Origin: Raillietiella orientalis
Taxonomy: Eukaryota
NCBI GenBank assembly: GCA_036172245.1
Contig: JAYWIR010000012.1
Coordinates: 3,844,001-3,908,000, forward strand
DNA: 64,000 nucleotides
Direction: 5' to 3'
Positions 42,505-54,600 of this stretch are shown here, piece by piece. The position numbers were made by a program, and so were the translations under genes. Each line of letters begins with the position of its first letter. Within the stretch, counting starts at the first letter, position 1. The notes under the pieces are model-generated. The model did no database searches. It saw only the letters and a list, made by a program, of their open reading frames with translations, and was not told the DNA's origin.

Positions 42505-45087
42505 TCACTGCTGTTTGCTTTGTAATAAATTGGATAGTTGGTTGTTGATCACATTGAATGGATGTTGCAGTTTTAGCTGGTACTGATGAGCCTGATGACA
42601 TGGCTGACTTAAAATTCTTTTTTCCAATTCTTGTTCTACACTGAAGTGTGAAACAACTCTTTAATGATGCATACACACCTAATGAATACTGGCGATAAGA
42701 CTCTATCAGTGCGCTGATTTCCGACCAGGTAATAGGTTCTTCAAGACAAGGCTTACTGTTAAAAGACTGCTGGGCTATATAAGCACATGCCACATTCCAT
42801 GCATCCAGACAGGGTAACACTCCTTTTCGTCTCAGTGCTTCATGCATAACACCTTGCCATATGTGTTCTCTTTCTGAATGCAAAATCATAGGTTACTTCC
42901 ATCATTGTGGACTACTTACCTTGTTGTTGCAGCAGAGATGTTGGTTCTAGAGCCAGATGATGCAGAAAGTCGACTTTTTCTAAATAGGAGGGCGAGTTCT
43001 TGAGCAAATAAGAATTGCTTTCTTCAGACAAAGGCAATTCAGTTTTCACGTTCTCATCCGGAGGCGAAAGTTGTTTATAGTTTACTGCATTACTGTCTGG
43101 ATTTGCCTGTGACAAGAAAGCACCAATGAAAATGTGGAGCAAATAATAACAACATCTTACTGGCTGAGGATTGGCACAAACATTATTTTTAGGACAGGAA
43201 TTCTGCTGCAAAGCTGCATTTGGCCGTGTTTCATATAAAGAGTGGGTTGTCTTAGATCCATCACGTAGTTCCTGCAATGAGGACAGCGCCTGCCTGACGC
43301 AGTAGTCCTGGTACCCGTTCCCCCCATCAATGAAAACCCAGAGCCATGTGATCAGGCTTTTATTGAGTTGTGCCAAACCAGAGCAAAAGTCAGGTACTCA
43401 CTTGGGAGTACTGCTCAAGCACAGTATCACAGGTATGGGCTGTCCTGCTGTTTGTTTCACCTTCGTTGGTACAGTCTGGATGTAATTCCTCCTTGCACTG
43501 AATAACTTTGTCAACTGTAGTATCCACAATAGCACTGACAGAATTGTGATGGCTGACAGTTTGGACAGTTTCCTTGTGCTCTGGACTAGTCTTGTGACCC
43601 AACTCATGTGGGCGAAATAATCCTGTAACCTTGCTGCTTGCTGGCGCTTGAAGTGTTCGGGCTACAGCATTTTATGGTTTTTCATTTTTATTTCCGTTAA
43701 CCTACTTGGAGACTCCGAAATTCGTCCTATGGGACTTCTGTCCCGTTCTAATTTGGGGCCATCGTTTGCTTTTGGATTGCGATCACGTTCCTTTTCCCTA
43801 GGCCTATCTTTTTCCCTCTCCATTTCTCTCAAACGCTGTTGTTCTGCTTCTAACCTTATTCTAAGGAGCATCACAATGCAAGCAAACGAAATTTGTGCTT
43901 ATACATACCTATCATGCAACAAACTAGAATTAGTAGCATTCATAAACAAAGGATTAACAAGTAATTCAGGTGGAACATATGGGGATACTGATGGTATGCC
44001 AAAACTAAACAGTTGTGGTGGACGCAGCATACCCAGACGTTCAAGATACAACTGTTCCTCCAAACGAAGACCAGGAGGGGTTAAATGAGCTGCTAGATAA
44101 GCTGACTGATAGGCTGAATAAGCTGCAGGATCCATGCTTGCTAAATGTGCATGAAGAGCAGCGGCTGCAGCCGTGGTATTCGTATCATTACGATATGGCT
44201 GAAATCCTCTTAGACCAAGAAAAATATCTGGTCTATTAGGCTCAGTTGAATAAAAACCAGCTGCTGCAGATGAGCCTGAATCTGCAAACTATCACTGAGA
44301 TCAAACAATAGTAAACATAACCTACAATCCACAGGAAGGGACAAATGAGATCGAAGATAATTCTCAGCATGAGAATAGGAAGTCGCTGCTAAATTTGGAT
44401 TTCTGGCCAAAGACTCGAAAAGAGTGTTAGGTCGCAGTAAAGTACTACTCTCGGTAGTTGAAGAAACTGTTTGCCTGTTTTCTGAAATCAAGTTTCCAAA
44501 ATTCTACTTAACAATAGTTATGAATTCTAAAGTAAATGTCTTACATATGCACTGTCTTTAGGAAGTGCAAAAGACTGAGTTGGAGCAATTGTAACCACAG
44601 GTGGATTTGACTGAGTGCTTGTTAACAATGATGGTAACACTGATTTAGCAGCTCGATTTGAGGCATGACTCATGTGAGGAGGTAGTGCAGATGATGGAGA
44701 GTCCAAGCATTTTTCTTTTGAGAAATGAGCAAAAAATGCTGCATTTCTTTAAAAAAAAAAAAAAATTTTTTTTTTTTTCTTTACCTTGAGTTGGTTCTCC
44801 TGCTTGTTTTGCAAGGTTTCTTAATGCAGCGGCAAAACTAGAAGTACAACCAGAAACAACTCTGCTATTAAGCAACTCTGAATGATGAGTATGTAGATTA
44901 GGAGGAAGACCCGCAGCAGATGTAAAATGAGGACCGACTAGTGATCGAAGAGAACTATTCAGACTAGATGATGAGGTCATAAGACTAATGGGAGAAGGGG
45001 TGGCTTGTGGCAAAGGTGGCACAGTAACAGTAGTTCGGCTGATTTTCCCAGGAAGAGAATGACTCATTCCTACAACAGTTTTATTAC
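42505..45087 (-). CDS. GSE1: Genetic suppressor element 1-like coiled-coil protein, multi-exon; upstream exons may lie beyond 45.1 kb
   Basis: GMSHS...RTTVTVPPL, SSFAAALRNLAKQA, GFQPYR, RLEEQLYLER, RE-rich segment, C-terminal WSEISALIESYRQY|EQELEKRIL. Last exon 42635-42505. Confidence 0.8.
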
Positions 45088-48000
45088 CTGAAAAATAATT
45101 TTGGTAATGCAAATACATGTACTATTTATCAGATGGAAAATGAAAATTGATTCAATTCTTACAGCATCAAAAATTACTTGATTTTCTCTCTCTCTCTCTC
45201 TCTCTCTCTTCTTCTTCTCCTTCTCCTTCGATTACAATGAGTTTAAGCTTGTCACTTTGCAAACGGTTTCGAAAACGCAAATTCGTTTTGCTCGGAGCAT
45301 TCCGATGTTTAGAAATGCAACACAACAACAGCACACACACAAAAAAGGATCCCAATTAACAGACGCACAGAGCGTTTTCATGAAACCGAGTACTATGCAT
45401 CCAAACTACGATGCATTCATGCTGTTTTTAACCCCACGTCCATTACGTTTTCGAAAAGTTAACTGCAAAGGCAGCAGCACACTACACTTTGCAAAAGCAG
45501 CATATAGCAGGGACAGGGAGGGAAAGAAAAAAAAAAAAAATAAACACACACACGCCATTCTGAAATTAAGACTCACCAATGCGCGCCTGATCACAACATT
45601 CTACAAACAGTTGCACGTTTACAGTTACCGAAATTAGACAATTTGGGGGAGGGGAGGGGAAAAAAAGGTCGTCACTAACCAGTAAACGTTAGCAGGCTAT
45701 CTTGTGATGATGTCTGAAACAAGTTCTGTACGGAAGTACCAGGAACGTTTGGATGGCGGAAGTCCATTTTTAATCAAAAGTTTCAAAAGCTGTTCTTGGC
45801 AATATTACAACAACTCCTCAACATCGTTCACGCAAGCAAAACAAAACAAAACAAAACAAAAAAAAAGGCAGTACAAAAAAAAAAAAAAAAAAATACACAC
45901 ACAAATAAGCAAGCAAACACCGCAATATTACATGTGATCACAAATGAAGTCTTATAAAAGAGTACAGTACATCAAATGTTGAGGGGAAGCATCGTACCAA
46001 GCGGCTAACCGCTGCACACCTAGTACTGCACAGCCGCCGGATTTTAAGAATCGATCGATCATCGGGATTGCAGGGCCGGGATTTCGTCTGATGCGGGTTC
46101 ATCGGAGCCCCCCTCCCTCCCTCCCTCCCTACCCCTCCTCCTCCCCCCCCCCCACATTAAGGGAATTACAAACACGTTTTCGGCCTCTCTGCTCACTCGC
46201 AAAATCAATCGAGGAAGGGCTGCCGAGTTTTGTCAATAACCGTTCCAAATAAACTGCGGAGAAATCTCGACCGGGCGGCGCGGGCGCGATGAAACAGAAA
46301 TCGCGAGTGCGAAAAGGAAAAACTCTGCACACACAAAAGCCAAGTTCGAAGCCTCCTCCTCCTCCTCCTCTCTTTCTGCCAGCCGCTGTTGCGCCATCCC
46401 GAGCAAAATATTCCTTTTTTGAAGAAGCTTTCGAAGGTGGTGGTGGTGGTGGTGGTGTTCCGCACATGCTTTCAAGCCTTTCCCCCCCCCCCCCCACGGC
46501 GCAGCAGCAACTTCTTCCATCCTCAAACACGCCGCAAGGCGCAACTATTACTTACATCATCATCATCATTGTTACTACCACCACTATTATTTTTCGTTTC
46601 TGGTTTTAGTGAAAGTGCACACATTTCGTGAAGCGCGATGCACACCTTGGATTTTTTTTTTTCTTTTTTTTTTAGATTCGGTGCACCGTACCACACACAC
46701 GAGCAGCCGTGGACCTCCATCTGGATTTCGTGATACGATGCTGCGAAATAGCTGTTCTGGCCAGAACGTGGAGGGAGGGAATTCAGCATGGCCGTGCGAG
46801 CTTCATCCAATCTTTCTAAGCGTCAATGAGGAGAGACACACAACAGTGCGCCGTCATTAATGGACCATGGACCAGAGAGAACCGCTCGGTCACGGTATCA
46901 TCAAAAACACCTGACCCCCCCCCGCCCCCCCCCTCCCTCCAAAAAAAAGGTAATCGCCTGCAATCAGTAACGGCGGGCGGGAAGAGCATTTTTGCAACGG
47001 CAATAACAATGAAGTCACACCATCATCATCCCGGGAAGGCAGATAGATAACACGTAGGCGAGGTGCGTAAAAATACGCCCAAACTGCCAAGAAGAAAGCA
47101 GCTGTGCAACTGGAATGAAGAATTGTTTTCGCCATCGCCGCGCGGTGGTGAGGCAGAGACGGGGAGCTCCGACGCCAAAGGTTGAAGGCAGACGAGATCG
47201 GTCCAGGGGACGCAGGAACCGAGCGGCGCACGCGGTCCTCGCGAACGAGGGATGCGATGCCGCGCAACGGTCGGGATGCGATTCCTTTTGTTCCTGATGC
47301 TGCGGGCGCGACCGGCTCCCCACAACGCGACCCCGGAAATCCTTCACGCGATCCACGCGGGAGGACGCTCGGGAAGCGCGGAGAGAACACCACATGCCCT
47401 GGCCGGATCGGGAAGAGGCGGTCGCCTCCGCTCGCCCGTCTATCCCGCCGTTTCGGCTTCGCCGCCACCGAGACGAAATGTGACCCACGCGAGCACTTAA
47501 AAATTCCACTTCCTAAAGCATTTTGTTCCTCTCTCCTCAGCTGTCTGCCTCATCATAAATTACCTCGACGATCGTGTCAATTACTGCGTACAGGGTAAGG
47601 CGAAGAAGCCTCCTTCGAAACAAATAACGTTTAGTCTGAAAATACTTTCGCATGAAAAATGCATATGCATCACTCTGCTTGCCATTTGCATCTCAACACG
47701 CAGTGAATCTTGAAATTAGCAACTTCGAAACACACACACGCACACGGAGCGTCCGAACCGATTCGGATCCACCTACTACCTACCGTCTTTCCTTTTTCGC
47801 AAATAATAATGATAATAACTGTAAAATCAGCATGGTATGAAAAATCAACACAATGAAATCAAACAACGTACAAACGCAATCCGTTCTCGCACCCTGGTAC
47901 GGAAATTTCCATAACGCTTCGATTCCTTTTTGCTTTACGTCTCCCGGAGACTGAAATGAGCCTTCGTCCAACACGGGAAGTTCCCAGGGAGAGAGCAGCC

Positions 48001-48496
48001 TGACCCACGTTTTACTTTCTAATGAGGCGGGGCAATTTCTTTTCTTTTTACTGAGAAGAACGAATGCCAACACGGTCGACAAAAGGTTGCTGATCGTGTC
48101 TGTGCACAAAACATGGCAGCAGCTCCGAATCGCACGTGGTAAAGATTCGAAAAACGTCTCTTAAGGACGACTGACATGCAGACGCACGGAAAACGAGCTG
48201 GAACGGCGCAAGCAGCACCTGAGTAAACGACAAGAAGAAGAAGAAGGAAACAACAACAACAAAAATCCCTGAAATGCAGAGGGTCCAAGCTTCTGCTCCG
48301 GGAACGATTTCGCTTCTGTATTCACAACGCACATTCGGAGAGCGCGTGCGAGCATCCGTTCCCAAGCAACGCGAGCGCCCTTCGCTGGAGCCGGCGGCGG
48401 CGCAACGCGCATCACTTTGGGGGAAACCTCAGGTTCCGAGTTTCGCGAGAGCGGGTCCTCGTCACGCTAAATACTTGCAAATACGCAAGGCCGTGT

Positions 48497-48622
48497 CGGA
48501 AAAAAAGAAAGAAAGAAATAGCTGCCGAAACAACATGGGCGAATACGCACATACCACCACGGAAAAAAAGAAAGAAAGAAATAGCTGCCGAAACAACATG
48601 GGCGAATACGCACATACCACCA
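48497..48622. repeat. Perfect 63-bp tandem duplication ending in a (CAC)n run
   Basis: cggaaaaaaagaaagaaagaaatagctgccgaaacaacatgggcgaatacgcacataccacca occurs at 48497 and 48560. Confidence 0.93.
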
Positions 48623-51600
48623 CCACCACCACCACCACCACCCCTCTCCGTGCAACATTTCCACATCATGCAAAAGCTTGGAACGTGGGAAACACGGAAA
48701 TATGACGAACAGGGTGTCGTCTCTACCGAACGGCCGCGAATCCGACACGGTCTCGAAGGTGCACGCAATGGTGATGACCCGCGCCGAATGGTAACTTCCA
48801 ATGAAACCGTTCGCAGTTTTCACCTTTAACCAACTTCACAGCACCTCAAGGTTCTCTCGAAATGCATTTGGGCCGGTTTCCAAATTCCACGGTAACACGG
48901 CGAATAAACATTCTACACGTCCTGACACCCAGATCAACTGCCTTTTACTTTGCATGCAACCGTTCAAGAAGTGTGCCATGAAATGGGCGCACTTTATAAG
49001 CATTAAGGACTACATGACGGGCATTTTTTTTTTTTTTTTTCCTTTTAAAATTGATACAGCGAACATTTTGCTGGCACTCGCCCGCCCGCTGAACCCTGCG
49101 TTCGCAGCATCACTTCGCGTGCACCCCACTCCCATCTTGGTCGCTTTGACTGATTCGTTTCCCCGCCACAGCTCACTGGCATACAATCTGCACATCGGAA
49201 TCGGGACGAAATACAGACACAGTGGGTCCATCATCTGTCCTAGAATAGGTCCTTCCGTTTATTGTTGGCTTTCCATTTATCCCTATACGAATCTCCATTT
49301 ATCCCTGTTGAAGATTGTCGGACGGCTTCCTAATTGGGCACGACGAGACGCTTCGGGATGACCTAAGACCCTCCTCCCGACCACGCCCGGGGCCACAACT
49401 CCTCGACTTCTTCGATCCAGTTCTTCGATCGCCTCGTTTCTCAACAAGAATCCTGCTCGCTCGCAAGTCGTCTACCACCACACAACCTTCGAGAGCATCC
49501 ACTCTCAGCCATCCCGTTTTCAACACGAACTTACCTGAATAACGGTTTTAATTATCGCAAGGCCTAGCGAAGCCACGCTTCCTCTGAACATACTCCCAAG
49601 ATACGGGAACAGCAGGCGGACTGAATGAAAGCTTACGAGCCATGAAGCCAAAGGAATGCCACCACTGCACCAACCTTACACCACAAGGCAAATTTATGCT
49701 CAGTTCCTACGCAGAAAAGGTTTTACTACTGAAAAGATCCAAGACACACCCACACTGCAGAAGGCCTCTTCGAAAGCTTCCAAATTTATTTTTACCAGGC
49801 TTACCAACACAACACGATTTCTTTTTGAACACGAAATCTAGAATGTTGCCGTGAAGAGTACTTTACGAAGATGCACGTAGCGAGAGAAATCTACTTCGAT
49901 TCGGGAAAAACGGGGAGGGGATAGGAAAATGCATGACTGAAATAACTACGTCTCGTCTTGAGCCTGCAAACTGCACGGAGCCACCGGAATCAATCCTCAA
50001 AACGAGGTTATGCTATTTCTAAAAACCTTAAGAGTCGTTTGAAGACGCTCTGCGGTAAAGGGAAATAACCGATGCGATCGAATGCTCCTCAGCCGATCGG
50101 CACCACACATTCTGCGATGGCACATTTCGAACGAAGCAAAGACAAAAGGAAAAAACGAAGAACGAAAAACAAATCAAAAGTCAAACAAATTTTGCGCGAA
50201 CTGCATTCCGGAACAGGGAAGTAAAACCTGAAACGAGGACAACTTCATTCGTGGTGGAGCTTTCGGATCGCCCACACAAAAACTCCACCTGGAACAAAGA
50301 TGTGCGAAATTCTTGACAGAACACCCGGCAGAACACCTCAAAGGAGTGCAGCCCGTGAGCATTGTGACGACTGCTCCGAACGTGCACCACGGCACGTGTG
50401 ACAAAGAAGACCAAGAACCGTTCTTCAGCTGCGACAAGAAAACAGAATTTGCTCACTGGCACCACTGACACACACACACACACACACACGCATGTGGGGA
50501 AAAAACGGTCCTGCTTGCATCACAAGATGCAACCCTGCCTGTGCACATCAACAAACACTTTGGTGTGAACGACACGGTGCCAACGTGGGGCTACGAAACA
50601 AACACCGTTCGAAATGCAGCGGTGCTCACTAATTAACCAACTTTGCACAACCGAAAGCGGAATCTCACTTTGTCTTCACCATCTATTTCTGCCTCCTAAG
50701 GTGCTGCTGATTTCAAGGACTTTGGATGCTTTGCCGAGCAACGGAATCAAAGGCGATGGACTGCGAGCGGCAACTGGCTGGCTCGGGGTCGCACAAGTGC
50801 AAGCGGTGCAGAATCACCTCGCAAGCAACCGGGATAAACAACAACGAAAAGATGCAACGTCTGACAACATCAACCACAGCTGGAGCCGAAACTGAAATTC
50901 GAATCTTTTTAGTCTACTCAAACACGGAACCGCTTCCACGAGAAACAAAAACACAGGAGGGGAAAAAAAAAAAAAAACTTTAGTACTGTAAGAATTGTAT
51001 TTTACAAAACATATGTACACTCCCCCTCCCCCCCCCTCGCACACACACACACACACACAATGCGGGATTTTCAAGGCTACTCGGAAATCGGTAAATTCTC
51101 CTGAAAATTTCCAATACCTTGGAGTGGATCCAAAAGCAACACGGAATGCTCCTGGATAAACATGTACGTTGGCAAGGTGTTATTGCATCCGAATGTGCCC
51201 GCAATGCTGCTTATAAATATTAAATTGAGTTCTGAAAACGACAGCATCACCCCTTAATACGTCGATACGAAAACGTACAAATACTCAAAATCTATAGGAA
51301 CACGAAATGTCGAACTGCATAACAATTACAGCACTCAATTATGAGTACTTTATAGATTGAAACGTAAAAAAAAAAAAAAAAAAAAATTGCAAGCAAGATT
51401 CCCCCTTATGTTCTCAGCTATCCAGGGAAACCACACGGGAGAATCCAGTTCCACGGAAAGCCACATTTTTCGAACCCATGATGCTGCTTTCGGAACTGCG
51501 AGATTCACGGACAAAAAGATTTCTACGGTGCTTCTTTGCAATGAGTGATTTGAATGTAAACTGACCGGAGAGTTTCGTTAACATCACGCGGGTGCTGACT

Positions 51601-54600
51601 TGTTTGGTGAAGATGGGGCGGAGGGATGAAAACTGCCACGAACGGGTAAAGTGAAACGTCATCAAATAAGAGGTTGAGCATTTCCATACGAAGAGAAATG
51701 CACAGTTTACAGGAAAAAAAAAAATAAAACTAGGAGAAAGAAACTACGAAGGCTCTAAGCAATGAATTTGAATTGCTGAAATGCATTCCTCCCTTTACCG
51801 TAGAAACTCTTATGTTACAAATTACTCTTCTGAATTCCCATAATCCGACAAATTGAATCACAGGAATGAAATGCATCACAGATGAAACTCTCACCGCCGA
51901 GAAGCAACAAGTTGAAATACGGAAGGCAATGCCACTTGACCAGTAGCCAAGATCACTTTCAGAGAGGGAACAGCACTTCTTGGGGAAAAGTCGATCCTAA
52001 AACCACGCTCGAGCAGAACGGACTCCCTGCAAATTCGACTGGAGGCACTTAAGACGTTAGAGGAACACAACATGCAATGTGAATGGAATATGCCCAATAC
52101 CGAACTCTCCCCAATCACATCTGCTGCATTCAGAAACGGAGTGTTGAAAAGGAAGAGGAAGCACACAAAACGGAAAGAAGCAGACCGACAACATTCAGTG
52201 GCTCTCGCTGTACACTCTCAGTTCACGTTACCCAGATTACAAAACACACAAGGGGATGGAGATATCGTGACTTGTGGAGGAACAAATCAGCACCTCAGCT
52301 GGAGTGGCAGCTACGCTGTTTACTTATCCAAGCGATTCACAAATGGAGTTCTTTGTTTCTGTTTACACCGAATCCACTGTAAACATTTGAGAATTGCATT
52401 TGTTGAAGTCGAATCGCTCCAAACGGTACCATCCCGTGCAGTCAACATTGATAATACATTTTATTTAAAGTAAAGCTTAAATTCGTCGTGTGTCGCTTTC
52501 CTGGATTCAGATCACTTTTTGACTAACTTTTCTTTTTTTTGATTCAGCTGAGAACATTCCTTGTTTTTTTTTTGTGCAGAATTAGGTATACAATTGATCA
52601 AATTTCGATTCCCAATTGTGATTGGGAAATAAAGAAACTTCTGACAACAAATGAACTTTCTGCATCAGATGAAATGGGGATGGAAAAAGACATTGCTCAA
52701 AGGCATGGAGACTAAAGGTTTAGGCTTTTATGCAATGGCAGCACATGGAAACATGATTGTAGTGCAGCTTCAGTCACTTTTTGTCATGAAATCAATCCAT
52801 AAATAGTAAAACTCTTCCAACAAAGGGATGCAAAAGCGGATACTTTTATTAAAATAGTTCACACTGCAAATTTCAATTAGGAACGGGCAAGCAGAGGCCG
52901 AATTTATGAATGCATATGCGTGGAAAATGCTAGGAAGCTGTAGTATGACATAACTAAATTGAAGTATGACATGTAGACACTAATATAACTAAATTTTGAC
53001 AATACATTAACTGCTAACAAATCCTCCACTTGTCTATTACTTACCCCAGATTGTGCATTTATAAGAGTTATGCATTAAACTATTCATACAAATGGTATTC
53101 ATTTGTATGAATAGTTTTAAAGCAACAGTATACAACGCATCACATGAAATTTCACACAAACAGAACCTATGGATACCACTGATTCATTTTATTGGTGAAA
53201 CTCCAATGTGCAAAAAGCTAAACCTGAAGAACGATTATAACTCATATTGTACTTGTGTGTAATCAGAACAAAATTAGACATGTACATTATTCTTTGGACA
53301 AAACAGTTTGTATGTTTAAAGCAACTTGTCTGAGAACTACAACTGCAGCAACTATTCAAAAGATAAATGCTAGTAAAATTATGGATTCAGCAAAGTGATT
53401 ATTATGTGACTCCATGAAACAAGAACCAAATTCAAGAAGTACTCACACTGATTATATGATATTAATCATCATGGATTGTTTGACATCCTAAATTGAATCA
53501 CTCTTGTATTGTAAGTTCTGTAATCAGTTGACATTGGTGTTAACTACTTGTTAACACATACAATGACAAAAAAAAAAAAAAAAAATCTGAATAAAGAAAA
53601 ATTCCTTACTTACACTTAGAACTAATTAATTCATACACTTACAGCTTGCAAAAACATAGCTGCTAAAGGAACATAAAACAAGAAAACAACACATTCAAAC
53701 ACAAGACATCCACTAGACTAAGTACTTGCATTACTTTCGATTTGTAAGCTGCTAACAAAATATTAAAATTCGGAATGATGAAGCTCAACTCACTTGGTTT
53801 CATGAAATCCATCAATAAAATCTACTCAGCTAAAAACAAAACAAAACGAAAACCAACTCATGATTGATATCAACAATACAATTAGACGTGATGCATCACA
53901 GTTATAAATAAAAGACTACAACTACATATGCTTGTTGTGAACTAGATGACATGCAACACATCTGGAAATGCAGATCAGTTATATTAAGTAATTTGGCAAA
54001 TTCTCAATTTTTCCATAACGAGATGAATCGATGTTTAACTATGCATACTTATAATGCTAATATTGTCAACATTTTTAAATGCCAGAACGTCCAAAAGATT
54101 TTTCAAAACAGAACTGCATAAGGAATGGTGAAACAAACATTGAGAGCATACAGATACAAACAAGAAGAAGGTTCATTTGTGATGAAAAATCAGTTTAAGA
54201 GAATGAAACACTAGGGATGGATATGAATAAATCCTGCAACTGTAAATGAAAAGAACACTGAATTATTAACTGAAGGAACAACAAAGGAATTCCAAAAATG
54301 AACACAAAAATGTCTATTCTATAGATGTACTGTTCCTTTCAATCTTGAAAATTACAATCCTGTAATTTTCCATGTACAATCACATATAGCTCGATGTTTT
54401 GCAAATCAGACATTTGAAGAAAATGAAAAAAAAAATCCCATACCAATTCAGTATTGCATTTTTCAATTGTTTTTTTTTTCCCCAAGAATAGGATGCATTT
54501 ATCCATATACTATCTACGAGTTATGAAGCAAAACACTGACATGCAGTTGCAAAAATAAATAACAATGAATATATCATTACATTCAAAGGAACACAGTTGT

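Noticed and set aside
42401..42889. 162-aa ORF ending flush against the roadblock stop
   Set aside because: Its 3' half reads through a 43-nt intron (42678-42636) in the wrong frame; the spliced frame ends at 42505.
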